From Mobula hypostoma (lineage: Eukaryota), in the NCBI RefSeq assembly GCF_963921235.1, contig NC_086097.1:153452001-153516000 (forward strand): a DNA stretch of 64,000 nucleotides. Reading direction: 5' to 3'. The notes below the pieces were generated by a model, which was not told the DNA's origin, searched no databases, and saw only the letters and a program-made list of their open reading frames with translations. A program made the translations under genes and the position numbers. Positions within the stretch are counted from its first letter, which is position 1; every line of letters begins with the position of its first letter. Below, in pieces: positions 41,871 to 55,900 of this stretch.

Positions 41871-44147
41871 GCAACAAAGCTTTCTGATTTCTAAAATATT
41901 CTGTATATTAAGATTAGTTAATTTGAAGAAAATTTTCCTGGCTCATTTGTTCTCAACTCATATGCTAATTTCATAGTTATCTGAAAGAAATATTCATTAG
42001 AACAACCAGACCATGCTTTGTGCTTCATTTTAAAGCTGACAACAAAGCATATTCAAAGCAATTTGGGAAAGGGTAGTTTTTTGAGGAGAGTGAAGTTCAA
42101 GCCTTTCAATCTTGGACTCAATGTCACAACATTTCTTCCTGCAAATTTAAACAAAATAAGCATTCTGACATTTTCTTGGTCATTATGACTAAAAATCTGA
42201 GGCTCTCACCCACCTCAACAAACCCCCATCCCCACACATAGTGCAGTTGTGAAATTTATTTGAACATCCAAGACTTTAATTACCTTTGGAGTTTCAAATC
42301 CTGTGATTTGCAAGGTATTTATTCAGCCGCTGGAAGTTAATGGATGTAACATTAATTGTTTTTGCTCAAGTCAGTTTCCACTCTGCTTTTTAAAAGAAAA
42401 CATCTGATATTAAGTCTCAATTGAGGCTTTTTAATATTCTACTTACAACCTCTAGTTCATTAAGGAAAACAATACCATTTACCGTGAAGACAGCAGTTAA
42501 TGTAGAAAAGTTACAAATTTTCAAATCACGGATATCTTGTTTTTGCAGTTTTGTTTCTAGTTTAACACTGGCTGGAAAAAGAACTTACGGATGCTTTCTG
42601 AGAACAACTTAACCATCCTTTCTTATCTAAAATGATGGCCAAATTGTTCAGATAATCCAAATTATTCCTGTTTTACATACGCTTGAATAGGCCATTATTA
42701 AATTACATGGGAGAAGTAATACAGGAATAGACCAACAAACAATCTGCTGGAGGACCTCAAACGGCTAAGCAGCAACTGTAGGAGGAAAGGAATTGTTGAG
42801 GATGAAGGAGTTGATGCAGAGTTTCAACATAAAATGTTGGAAATTCTTTTCTTCCTGCAGATTTTGCACAACTCATTGGGCTCCTCTGGCAAATTGTTTG
42901 TTCCTCCAAAGTTCAGCATCTGCAGTGTCTTGTGTCTCCACAGAAACAGGTCACTTGGTCTGACAAAACCAAGATTCAGACAAGCCTCCTGCTATTCTAT
43001 TTGCTTCATATCAGCCTTTTAAGAAATCTTTCCATTGTCTGTTCTTCTGAGTAGTTACCTAGTTTCTTCTGAAAGGATCCAAGCTATTTGTCTCAATCAG
43101 TTCCTGAGATAGCAGGTCCCTTATTCTAACTACTAATTGAGTAAAGAATTTTCTTGAAAATTCCCTTCTAGATTTATTGTCAATCACCTTGTTTTCATTG
43201 TTCCAATGAAAGGTATTTGACCTGAAACATCAGCACATCTCTTACCACAGTTGCAACTTGACCAGAATTATATTTAAAATTTCCAGTATATGCAATTTTT
43301 TTTTCACTAGATTTTATAACCCGTTTTCAATTCTTCTACAAGTGGAAGCATTCATTTGACATCGACTCAGTGTAACCCAGTGATATTTTTAATAAGTATG
43401 CAAGGCTAATTTTATTTTCTGAAGGGAAAGGTCATAGAGAAATAGACATTTTCAGACTGGTTATTGCATAGAAATGAAAACATATCAATATTTTAACAGA
43501 CTGGAAGGATACTGATAATCTAATGGAGTAGCCCAGTTCTTGACTCTCACTTATTTATACTCAGAATCTCCCACCAACAAACCACACTGACCTATCCTGG
43601 TGCATTCCAAGTGTGGATTAATCCTATACATCTGAAATATTTCCAGTAACTTGTTTATCAATAATGCTAGATTCACTGGTCTGTAATTACCATCAAATAA
43701 AGCAGTTTATACTTGTATGCATTAACACCCAGAAAATATACAGACATGGACCGATAAACAGTTAGTGTGGTATCACAAATGTACCAATCTAACTACCTAC
43801 CCATGATATTCTTATAGCCATAGAATCAACGAGCACAGGAAAAGGCCCTTCAGCCAATCATTTCCATGTCAGCTATCAAACACCCATCAAACTGATCACT
43901 TTTACCAGCCCTTAGTCCATTGTCTTGGCAGTTCAGATGATCGTCCAGTTACGATTTAAGAGTACTTGCCTCCACCCCCTTCACAAGAATCATTTTCCAG
44001 GTAGGTTCCAAACATTTTCTGGATTTAAAAAAATTCTCACATCCCTTCTAATCAATTTACACCTCAGATTAAGCCCATGACTGGTGATTTTTAATGCTTC
44101 TGTTATGGAGGAAGTAAACACAGCCTATCCAGTCTCTCAGTGGAAGC

Positions 44148-44691
44148 TGTGGTAAGGCAAGGGTTGAAGACCACATCCAGACAAGATTAACTGCGGCAGT
44201 ATGTATACAAACCCAAATCAGGGAGACCTTTGAAGTGACACCGCCAAGTCAATCTTGTTTACTGCAGTAGGTGGAAGTGACTGTGGCAGAGTGTAATCAA
44301 CCTAGAAGAACATAGTTTCCCTTTATACAATGGGGGGGGGGGTTCTGGAGACAAACGAGATGGGAATAACTGAAGGATGTGAAATGCACCCAACAACCAA
44401 GGGTCTTAGAATTGTCAGTTTGCAGTTTCTATTGACTTTTAACATCTCCATTGTGAATGGCGACTGATCTTACAAATAAGAAATTAAAACATACACAATT
44501 TACAAGATGGTGAATATTGATAACCAATAAGCCAATTCTGTATAAAAATAGTAGTTTTCTGTCTCGCCTTCGGAACAGTGTGGGTGACAGGGGCTGTGCT
44601 GATCTCCTAGGGACAAGAAAAATAAAAATATGTTTCAGCCTTGTGTGTGTTCAGGGCCTATTTATTTTATTATCGATGATGACTGTTACTT
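44148..44691 (+). mobile_element. Possible solo LTR
   Basis: Starts TGTGG; CCAAT twice (~44524-44536); TATAAAA at 44541; AATAAA near 44620; flanks GGAAGC/GGAGGC; no clean CA end. Confidence 0.35.
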
Positions 44692-44707
44692 GGAGGCTCC
44701 ACTAAGA

Positions 44708-45448
44708 CAGTGTACCCAACCACCGGGCCACCAAGCATGTGCTACTGGGCCACGAGGAAACCATATGATTTGGCGATATGAAAAGATACAAATCAGCTGC
44801 ACCTTTCCTCATTCCCTGTCACGCACTGTTGAACTTGAACATAGGGTTGCCAACTGTCCCGTATTAGCCAGGACATTCTGTATATTGGGCTAAATTGGTT
44901 TGTCCCATATGGGACCTCCGTTGTCCCGTATTTCCCCTGCTAAAGTAGAGCGTTCCTATGAAACTGTTTGTAAGCCGAAGCAGCAATTACCATTAACTTA
45001 TATGGGAAAAATTTGAGCATTCCCAGACCCAAAATATAACCTACGAGGTCATACCAAATAACACTAACATATAGTAAAAGCAGGAATGGTAATGATAAAT
45101 AAACAGCCTATATAAAGTAGAAATAATGTATGTACAGTGTAGTTTCACTTAACAAAATTGGGAAGATTGAGCCACAACCGATTTGTAGAAAAAAAATTGG
45201 CACGTACATGCATGTGCATGTCATGTATGCATACGTCACGCATGTGCACACAGGTGCCCGCGCAAGGCTTCATGGTCATGGTAGTCTTTCTCAGGGTAAA
45301 CACAAGGGACCCGTATTTGACTGCTACTTTTGTCCCTTATTTAGGAATGAGAAAGTTGGCAACCCCACTTAAACACCCCCACCGCCGGTCAGCAAGAATA
45401 TTGTCAATATTAAACTGGTCCGCAGTACAAAAAGGTTGGGGAACCCTG
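44708..45448. mobile_element. Second hAT (Charlie-like) composite MITE, inverted relative to 36181-37142
   Basis: Both ends are reverse complements of the 36181-37142 ends; TSD (C/T)ACTAAGA at 44700-44707 and 45449-45456; inner TAGGGTTGCCAACT...AGTTGGCAACCC element ~44842-45366 contains a Tigger end. Confidence 0.82.
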
Positions 45449-46615
45449 TACTAAGATAGCTATTCCTTGGCTTTGTTGTATGAGAAAAAGGAATTCAGCT
45501 CTGGTAACAGATCAGTCCTAAATCCTAGGCTGCTCATATTTGAGCAAGAGACTGAGTCTGCTACTGGAACACAAACTTCCTCCTGTGAGGAGTAGTCAAG
45601 GTATGTCTACACCTTGCCACTGACATAGGACAGCTGCAACATTAAAAAAGGCTGCCATGGTTTGTGTTGTGACCCACACAAAGTTGCCACGGTTCGGGTC
45701 ATATTCCTCGTGAAGTTGCCGTGGGTAGGTCCCACAAGAAGCATAGGAAAATTCAGTAAGTTTGTTATTAAAAAAGGAATTCTAAAATGCATGTGACTGT
45801 GTGCATATACGTACTTGCATGTGTGTGTGTGTGCGCGCGCATGGTAGCATGAAAGCCCCCTGTCCTGGACATCTGAAGGACTTTGTTTGCGTGCATGTTT
45901 GTGCATTATGACCAGAAGGCATCAAGTATGTTGAGAAGTACATTGTATGGGTGGAATGGATTAAGTGAGTGTCTGCAGACCTGTTGTTCAAGAAAGGAAA
46001 ATGTGAGAAGACTATTGGGTGGCTGTGATTATTCAATGTAGATATGAAATGCAAAAAAGCCATTAGATGAATCCAGTAAATATGCAGAGAAAGTGAACAC
46101 AAGTTAAAAAAGGAAAAGACACAAAAAAAGGCAAAGGATAATAGTTTCAACCACAGTGTTTGAAAAAAAAAATTGGTACCAGAGTCTGAGGGTGAACGAG
46201 ATGCTGGATGTCTGCCTTCCCCAGATGTCTCTCGAGTACTCAGTGAGGTCAGCATCAGCAGGTGCTCTGCCACAGGTGGTAGTTCCCAATGTCACTCAGG
46301 GAAATGGGAGGCGAAGGGGTAAGCGAAATGGTGATTTAAAAATACCTTGACCTGATCTAGTAGGAGCTATTATGGCATTTTTGTAGTTGGCACGTATAGC
46401 AAGTAACTTCCACAACTAACTTTAGCCACCAATCTTCAGATCTGTGACAAGGATGAATTGGACCCGAATGCTGGGATATCCACAACAAAGTTTGAGACAC
46501 AATATCACACTGGATCTGAACTGAAAACAAACTAAACAATATCACTAGTAGGCTTACAATTGACCACTGAACCGCAATTCAGGTGTCCCTTAAATACTCA
46601 GTTCTTGGTGTTCAA

Positions 46616-46746
46616 AACATGATTACCAGTTAGTGTGACTATTCTGAACTATGATGACAAATTCGTGTGACTATTCTGAACTATGATGACAAATTTATGT
46701 GACTATTCTGAACCATGATTACTAATTAGTGTGACTATTCTGAACC
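46616..46746. repeat. 32-bp tandem repeat, about 4 units, in the 3' LTR
   Basis: GTGTGACTATTCTGAACTATGATGACAAATTC units. Confidence 0.9.
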
Positions 46747-48343
46747 CTTAAAGGGGCCACTCCAGTGAGCCATACTTAGGGGAGTTTGAGGGTCCAAATC
46801 CCAGAAGTTGGCGTGGTTGGGGGCATCTCGTAACAGGACCCCCATCCCTATGGCTGGCCCCTGATAGCCTTGGCTGCTGTAAGAGGTGGTGATGGTAACA
46901 GTGGATGAGACCTGCATCCAAGTTGTCTCTTTCAGGCACCTAGCACCTTCTCTTTGGGTCCAAATTTTTCCCAGTCCACGAGGTATCGCTGAACACATCA
47001 AAGACAATGCGAGTCCAAAAGTCTCACCGTGAAGACCTGGTCTCTATCAATAAACCAGGGTGGCAACAGGGCCAGTGGTGGTGGGTTAAGGGGCTGGTGC
47101 TGGAAGGATTTAATTTAGAGATGTGGAAGGTGGGATTGATTCTCAGGGTCTTGGAAGCTGCAAGGTGTAAGCCACTGGGTTTACTTTCCTTAGGATTTTA
47201 AAGACCAATGAACTTGGGCACCAGCATTCTAGATTCCACTCAGAGGAATATCAGGAATAGACAGGTAGACCTATTGCCCAGGCTGTAAAATGGATTCCTG
47301 ATTTCTTCAGTTTGGCTTGGTCTCTGCTTTCCAGGTAGAGGCTAGCAAAATCCCCAATCCATTTTTGCTTGCAGCGTTGGATGAGATTTTCAGCCACAGG
47401 GACCCCAACCTTGGGATTTTGTTCTGGAAAGAAAGGTGGAGGATAACCAAGCTGGCACTTGAATGGTGATATCTGTGTGCCAAATGCTGTAAGGTGTTGT
47501 GAGTGATCTTTGCCCATATTAAATAGTCACACCACTCATTAGGTCTTTCAGAGGCCAGGCATCTTAGAGTATGTTCTAAATTTTGGCTGGTCCTCTGTCT
47601 GGCTATTGGACTGAGGATGAAACCCAGAGGAAAAGCTTGCTGTTGCCCCTGTCAGCTTACAGAATGCTCTCCATAAATGTGATGTGAATTGTGGACCATG
47701 ATCTGAGATAATGTGTACTGGCTTTTAAAGACCGATCAACAATTACCATGATAACTGACTTCACCTCAGATGGCGAAAGACCTGTGACAAAGTCCATGAA
47801 AATATGTGCCCAAGGTCTCTCTGGAACAGATAGGAGGTAGAAGAGCCCTTGAGATTGATATGGGAGTCCTTGTTCAAGGCACACAATGCTCATGCCTGCA
47901 TGAACTGCTGAACTTCTTTCATTCCTCCAAAGCTAACAGCTGCAAAAAGCTCCTGATTCCAGATGTTCTTTTCTGCCGGGAATAGCCACCTGGAGAAGAA
48001 AACACACAGATACACTTTACTGTCCTGAAGGTGATTGTTGAGACAAGACAGCACACACTCCGATGTCAGAGGCGTCCAACTCCACGATGAAGGAAAAATT
48101 TGGATTTGGTTCATCAAAACCTTTTAAGTTCACTGCTGCTCTCCCAAGGTGAGGGCATACTTCAATTCATCTTAGTCTGTTGTGGTAAAGCGTGGACGAG
48201 GCCTCCCCATTCCAACCACACTCCTCGGCCAAGGTCTGAAATTTGATAACATAATCAGCCATGGATCATACCCCCTGTCGAATCTTCATCAGGTGGACTG
48301 TGGTTTGGTTGGCTGCAGCGGGGTGATGAATCATCTTTCTTAT

Positions 48344-51300
48344 AGAAACATAGAAAACCTGTAGCACAATACAGGCCCTTCAGCCCACAAAGTTGTGCTG
48401 AACACGTCCCTACCTTAGAAATTACTAGGCTTACCTATAGCCCTCTATTTTTCTAAGCTCCATGTACCAATCCAAAAGTCTCTTAAAAGACCCTATCGTA
48501 TCCGCCTCCGCCACCATTGCTGGCAGCCCATTCCACTCACTTACCACTCTGTGTAAAAAAACTTACCCCTGACATCTCCTCTGTACCTACTCCCCAGCAC
48601 CTTAAACCTGTGTCCTCTTGTGGCAGCCATTTCAGCCCTGGGAAAAAGCCTCCGACTATCCACATAATCAATGCCTCTCATCATCTTATACACTTCTATC
48701 AGGTCACCTCTCATCCTCTGTCGCTCCAAAGAGAAAGGGCCGAGTTCACTCAACCTGTTTTCATAAGGCATGCTCCCCAATCCAGACAACATCCTTGTAA
48801 ATCTCCTCTCCACCCTTTCTAAGGCTTCCACATCCTTCCTGTAGTGAGGCGACCAGAACTCAGCACAGTACTCAAAGTGGGGTCTGACCAGGGTCCTATA
48901 TAGCTGCAACATTACCGCTCGGCTCCTAAATTCAATTCCAAGATTAATGAAGGCCAATACACCATACGCCTTCTTAACCACAGAGTCAACCTGCGCAGCT
49001 GCTTTGAGCGTCCTGTGGACTCGGACCTCAAGATCCCTCTTATCCTTCACACTGCCAAGAGTCTTACCATTAATAGTATATTCTGCCATCAAATTTGACC
49101 TACCAAAATGAACTTCTTCACACTTATCTGGGTTGAACTCCATCTGCCACTTCTCAGCCCAGTTTTGCATCCTATCAATATCCCTTTGTAACCTCTGACA
49201 ACCCTCCTCAATATCCACAATACCTCCAACCTTTGTGTCATCAGCAAACTTCCAAACCCATCCCTCCACTTCCTCATCCAGGTCGTTAATAAAAATCACG
49301 AAGACCAAGGGTTTCAGAACAGATCCCTAAGGCACACAACTGGTCACCGACCTCCATGCAGAATATGACCTGTCTACCACCACTCTTTGCCTTCTGTGGG
49401 CAAGCCAGTTCTGGATCCACAAAGCAATGTCCCCTTGGATCCCATGCCTCCTTACTTTCTCAATAAGCCTTGCATGGGTTACCTTGTCAAATGCCTTGCT
49501 GAAATCCATATACACTACATCTACAGCTCTTCCTTCATCAATGTGTTTAGTCACATCCTCAAAAAAATTCAATCAGGCTCGTAAGGCATGACCTGCCCTT
49601 GACAAAGCCATGCTGACTCTTCCTAATCATATTATATCTCTCCGAATGTTCGTAAATCCTGCTTCTCGGGATCTTCTCCATCAACTTACCAACCACTGAA
49701 GTAAAACTCACTGATCTATAATTTCCTGGGCTACCTCTACTCCCTTTCTTGAATAAAGGAACAACATCTGCAACCCTCCAATCCTCCGGAACCTCTCCCA
49801 TCCCCTTTGATGATTCAAAGATCATCACCAAAGGCTCAGCAATCCCCTCCCTCACCTCCCACAGTAGCCTGGGGTACATCTCATCCGGTCCTGGCGACTT
49901 AGCCAACTTGATGCTTTACAAAAGCTCCAGCACATCCTCTTTCTTAATTCTACATGCTCAAGCTTACCAATACAATCACCAAGAACCTTTTCCATAGTGA
50001 ATACTGAAGTATTCATTAAGTACCTCTGCTGTTTCCTCCGATTCCATACACACTTTCCCACTGTCACACTTGATATGTCCTATCCTTTCACGTCTGATCC
50101 TCTTGCTCCTCACATACTTGTAGAATGCCTTAGGGTTTTCCTTAATCCTGCCCACCAAGGCCTTCTCATGGCCCCTTCTGGCTCTCCTAATTTCCTTTTT
50201 AAACTCCTTCCTGTTAGCCTTGTAATCTTCTAGATCTCTAACATTACCTAGGATCTTTGAACCTTTTGTAAGCTTTTCTTCTTGACTAGATTTATTACAG
50301 CCTTTGTACACCACGATTCCTGTACCCTACCATAACTTCCCTGTCTCATTGGAACGTACTTATGCAGAAATCCACACAAATACCTCCTGAACATTTGCCA
50401 CATTTCTTCCGTACTTTTTCCTGAGAACATCTGTTCCCAATTTAAGCTTCCAATTTCCTGCCTGATAGCCTCATAATTCCCCTTACTCCAATTAAACGCT
50501 TTTCTAACTTGTCTGTTCCTATCTCTCTCCAATGCTATTGTAAAGGAAATAGAATTATGGTCACTATCTCCAAAATGCTCTCCCACTGAGAGATCTGACA
50601 CCTGACCAGGTTCATTTCCCAATACCAAATCAAGTACTGTCTCTCCTCTTGTAGGCTTATCTGCATATTGTGTCAAGAAACCTTCCTGAACACAACTAAC
50701 AAACTCCACCCCATCTAAACCCCTCGCTCTAGGGAGATGTCAATCAGTATTTGGGAAATTAAAATCTCTCATCACAACAACTCTGTTATTATTACACCTT
50801 TCCAAGAACTGTTTTCCTATCTGCTCCTCGATAGCCCTGTTACTATTGAGCAGCCTATAAAAAACACCCAGTAGAGTTATTGACCCCTTCCTATTCCTAT
50901 CCTCCACCCACAGAGACTCCGTAGACAATCCCTCTATGACGTCCACCTTTTCTGCAGCCGTGACACCATTTCTGATTAACAGTGCCCTGCCTACACCTCT
51001 TTTGCCTCCCTCCCTGTCCTTTCTGAAACATCTAAAACCCGGCACTTGAAGTAACCATTCCTGTCCCTGAGCCATCCAAGTCTCTGTAATGGCCACCACA
51101 TGATAACTCCAATACTCCTTGCATTAAAATAGATACATCTCAAACTGTCTGTCTGAGCGTGTCCCTTCTCTATCACCTGCCTGTCCTCCCTCACACAATG
51201 TCTCTAAGCTTCCTCTATTTGTGAGCCAACCGCCTCTTCCCCAATCTCTTCAGTTCGGTTCCCACACCCCAACAATTCTAGTTTAAACTCTCCCCAGTAG

Positions 51301-52465
51301 CCTTAGCAAACCTTCCTGCCAGGAAATTGGTCCCCCTGGGATTCAAGTGCAACCCGTCCTTTTTGTACAGGTCAGTCCTGCCCCAAAAGAGGTCCCAATG
51401 ATCCAGGAATCTGAATCGCTGCCCCCTGCTCCGATCCCTCAGCCACGCACTTGTCCTGCACCTCATTCTATTCCTATACTCACTGTCGCGTGGCACAGGC
51501 AGTATCCCTGAGATTACTACCTTTGCGGTCCTGTTTCTCAACTTCCTTCCTAACTCCCTGTACTCTTTTTTTCAGGACCTCTTCCCTTTTCCTATATATG
51601 TCGTTGGTACCAATATGTACCACAACCTCTGGCTGTTCTCCCTCCCACTGCAGGATATCTTGGACGTGATCTGAAACATCCCGGACCCTGACACCTGGGA
51701 GGCAAATGACCATCTGAGTTTCTTTCCTGCATCCACAGAATTGTCTGTCTGACCCCCTAACTATAGAGTCCCCTATCACTACTGCCTTCCTCTTTCTTTC
51801 CCTACCCTTCTGAGCCACAGGGCCTGACTCTGTGCCAGAGGCACGGCCACTGTTGCTTCCCCCAGGTAGGTCACCCCCCCCTGCAACAGTACTCAAACAG
51901 TAGTATTTATTGTCAAGAGGTACAGCCACAGGATACTCTCTAGTACCTGACTCTTCCCCTTCCCCCTCCTGACTGTGACCCATTTGTCTGTCTCCTGTGG
52001 CCCCGGTGTGACCACCTGCCTATAACTCCTTTCTATCACCTCCTCACTCTCTCTGACTAGACAAAGGTCATCGAGCTGCATCTCCATTTCCCTAATGCTG
52101 TCCCTTAGGAGCTGCAGCTCGACACACTGGGTGCAGATATGGCCATCCGGCAGGCTGGGAGACTCCAGGACCTCCTGCATCTGACACCAAGCACAGAAAA
52201 CTGGCCTCACACACATAATGCTTCCTTTCTGCAATTAACACATGTAAACCTACCTCGCCTCGTTACCACGTAAGCCTGTTGAACCAAGCCCTATCACTCT
52301 GCCACCTCTCACTCCACCGCCCGCTGGATATGGTGGTCTTCTTTCTAAACTTTTCCCGCTCTACCGGCTGACGGCACGCACCTACCTCCCTTTTAACCCA
52401 AGTAGTAAAATGTCTTCGCTCCGGAAATCCTTAAGCCATCCCACTCGCAGCCTTCTTGCTCTGAA
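48344..52465 (-). mobile_element. Full-length CR1 LINE inserted in the chromovirus gag
   Basis: ORF1 has CxxC...CxxC and an SGNH esterase (VVIGDSIVRG, HIGTND, DGLHLN); ORF2 has EN (YFNARSI, ITETW, DFN, SDH) and RT (QHGF, DFSKAFDKV, FADD); AGAAACATAGAAA tail; 4-bp TTAT duplication at 48340-48343 and 52466-52469; frameshifted. Confidence 0.93.
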
Positions 52466-52952
52466 TTATGGTGACCATGAATTACCCCGAATCCAAGCAA
52501 ATCTCTGACCCATGTTCCCAATGCATGGTAGCCTAGGCCAGGGCTCCTCCAGTAAGGAGAGAGATACTGAAGGCCATTTTTCTGCACTCCAAAAGGAATT
52601 GGGAGTTCAAACACCAGTAAGCATTGGGTGAGGAAGCTGTGGCAAGAACCTAGGTCACCGTTGAATGTTTCTGGGACTGGAAGATGTGCTGGCTTCACAG
52701 AATGACAACCTGGCTCTCCCAAGCAATTTTAGCTTCCTCCTTGCGAAAGTTGATGAACAGCTACCTGGAGGTTATGAACCTCCAGGCCACGTTGGCTCAA
52801 TCCTACTGTGACAAGAGTCCTTAACATGGATGAAATGGACCCAATCCTGAATATCCAAAGCAAGGTTTCAGATACGATATCGCACTGGATCTGAAGACAA
52901 AAGAAACACTAGACAATATCCCTAGTAGGCTTACAAATGAGCACTGAATCTT

Positions 52953-55900
52953 CTTCTTCATCTTCTTCTATTTCTGGCTGTTTAGACGCATCTAGGCGTA
53001 TTATAGACCTCCGCAGGATGTATAATTAATTACAGAACTTCAAGGAACTCAAATTCTCGAATACAACCTAGTCTCACGTATAAACTGAATAATAAACTCT
53101 TCAATCAGATGCTGATTCTCTTGATGGCCAAACAAAGGTTGAATAAAAAACCAAAATAAATTTAAGCCAGATAACCTATTGAACAACATGCTTCTTTCAA
53201 TTTTGTATCGATTACAGCTCAGCAAAACATGCTGGACTGTCTCTGGACTACCACAGTCACATAAGCCAGTAGGATGTTTTCCTATTACCTTTAAATAATA
53301 ATTTAGCCCACAATGCCCCAACCTAAGTCTTGTAAATTTCACCATATCTCTACGAACTTAAGGTAACAGTCTGAGACCTTTTTAACTTGTGGGTGACTAG
53401 AAAAATAATGCCTGCCCCTTAATTCATTTTTCCAATCCTCCTGCCACTTCTTCTCTATACCTTTTTTAATGCTACTTCTTAATTCTGTTCTGCCTAGGGG
53501 AACTCTAATTTTTACTTGCCTGCTCTGTAGGGAAGATTTTGCAATGCCATCCACAATTTCATTTCCTTCCACCCCAGCATGTCCAGGTATCCATGAAAAT
53601 CTAACTGCACAACCCATCTTCCCTACTCTAAACAGCACTAAGAGAATATCAATAACTATGTCAGGATGAGCTTTTAATTTACTCCCTTTTATGGACTCTA
53701 AGGCAGCAGCAGAATCCGAACAGATGATAACCCTACGTGGTCGAGAGTCTTCTATCCACCATAAGGCCCAGAGGATTGCTAATAATTCTGTTGCAAAGAC
53801 AAACACCATCTGAAACCCAGTGACCAATCTTAATTCCAAGCTGAGACATATACATGCCAAATCCTGCCCTACTGCTCTCTGGGTCCACTGAGCCATCAGT
53901 AAAAATATTCAGATAAGATCCCCATTTATTATTTAAATATTCATTTGTGATCAATGCTGATGAAATTGCACTGCTTCCTTGAAGCTGAAAATGGAGGAAT
54001 AGGTCTACTTCTGGTTCTGGGAAGAGCCAAAGAGGGATGGGTGGCAGGCAAATTTGGTCAAATATGTCTTCCTCAGTCAGTTTCAATTTCACAGCCCAGT
54101 TATTAACCAAATCTAAAAATGGGTATCTTTTAATTTTACTTTGGCGCTCTGACTTTCCCTGCAAAAGACACTTTAATGGACAGCTGTGATTGAATCCATT
54201 TAGTTTAACCCAATACTGCAGGCCCAACTGAATTCGTCTTAAATGTAGAGGCATTTCTCCCATCTCCACACATAATGCCGGGACTGATGTCCTTCTAAAA
54301 GCTCCACAACAGAGTCTAAGTGCTTTGGACTGCACAGTGTCTAGTTTTCCAAACACTGCCGTAGCAGCGGAACCATAAGCAATATAACCATAATCTATAA
54401 CTGATCTAATCATAGCTAGATATATTAAGTACATAGTTTCCCACCCTGCTCCCCAGTTGCATCCAGCAATGCTTCTCATAACATTTAAAACTTTCTCACA
54501 CTTTCCAATTGTTTTACCTATATGAACCCTCCAAGTGTTCCATCAAACTAGACACCTAAAAACTTGAATACCTTGACTCTTTTTAGTGGAGAATCATATA
54601 GACACAATTCACAATCAGGAATCTTTCTTCTAAAGCCAAAAATCATGTATTTGGACTTAGAAGCAGAAATCCTGAAACCCCATTTATTAGCCCAGTTTTC
54701 AACTGATCTTAAAGCCTTTTGTACCTGCCTTAATATATACTTGATGTTTCTTCCTCTTTTCCAGATTGCACCATCGTCTCCAACCAATGATTTGCCAAAT
54801 CCTGTCCCTACCTGATCAAGGATATCATTTATCATGACATTAAAAAGAACTGGACTAATGACACTTCCTTGAGGGGAACCATTACCTATATTAACTGACT
54901 TGGAGCTTGTTCCGCCTATTCTTACTTGAATTGTCCTTTCCTTAAGGAAATCTTTGATCCAAGTAAACCTTCTACCTCTAATTCCCGCATCATAGAGTTT
55001 AATTTATAAGCCATCCTTCCATAGTGAGTCATATGCTCTTTCAATATCTAGAAATACACTTACCATTATTTTTCTATTTTGAAATGCTTTTTTAATATCA
55101 TGATCTAAAAAGGCAACAGATTCCATTGTTGATCTTCCAGTTCTAAAACCGTGTTGATAGGCAGAAAAATATCCCTTATTCTCCAAAAAATAAACAAGTC
55201 TGTTGGTGACCATTCGTTCCATAGTTTTACAAAGCCCTGACGTTAAAGCTATAGGCCAATACGAATAGGACTAGACGTGTCCTTACCTGGCTTTAAAACT
55301 GGAACTACCACCACATGCTTTCATTCCTGAAGGGAGAAAAACAAATTTATGGAGCTATTATCATCCAAACTCCTGTCCAATTTCCAACTTTCCTTTAACA
55401 TAATTTCCTTTCTCAAATCACCTAACTCTCCAGAACTGTGTACGCTTGGACCACCTCTACAAACGTATCAGCCTTTTCCTTATCGTTTACAGCTTCAATA
55501 TCTCCTTCCAGCAAAGCTGGGATAGATGGTTTCCTATATATCCCTGACATTCCGTGAATGATCATCCATAGCTGCTTTATAGGTGTCTCAGGGCTCAGGG
55601 TTCCACAAAATCTTCTCCAACTATCCCTCTTTGCATTTTTAATTACTCTCCTTGCTACTGCTCTTTCCTTTTTATGCTCCATAACATTATCTAACACTGG
55701 GTATTTTCTTAATTTCCAGTAAGCCTTATTTTGTTTTCTTACTGCTATATCACAATTTTTACTCCACCACGGAACTAATGCTCGAGCCTTAGGAACATGC
55801 CGTAGCAGAATAGTCAACTGACCAACTTTATGAATTATGGAACAGAAGGATTCATTCCAATCGTCTATGGAGCCCTCGCTATTAATCTCTTCTATTATAT

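Noticed and set aside
46156..46350. Possible host exon (GC-richer stretch ending G|GTAAG)
   Set aside because: No polypyrimidine acceptor and no recognisable protein similarity; it cannot be supported without RNA data.
46616..46746. Short direct repeats resembling a CRISPR array
   Set aside because: The units are contiguous with no unique spacers, there are no cas genes, and the context is a eukaryotic LTR.
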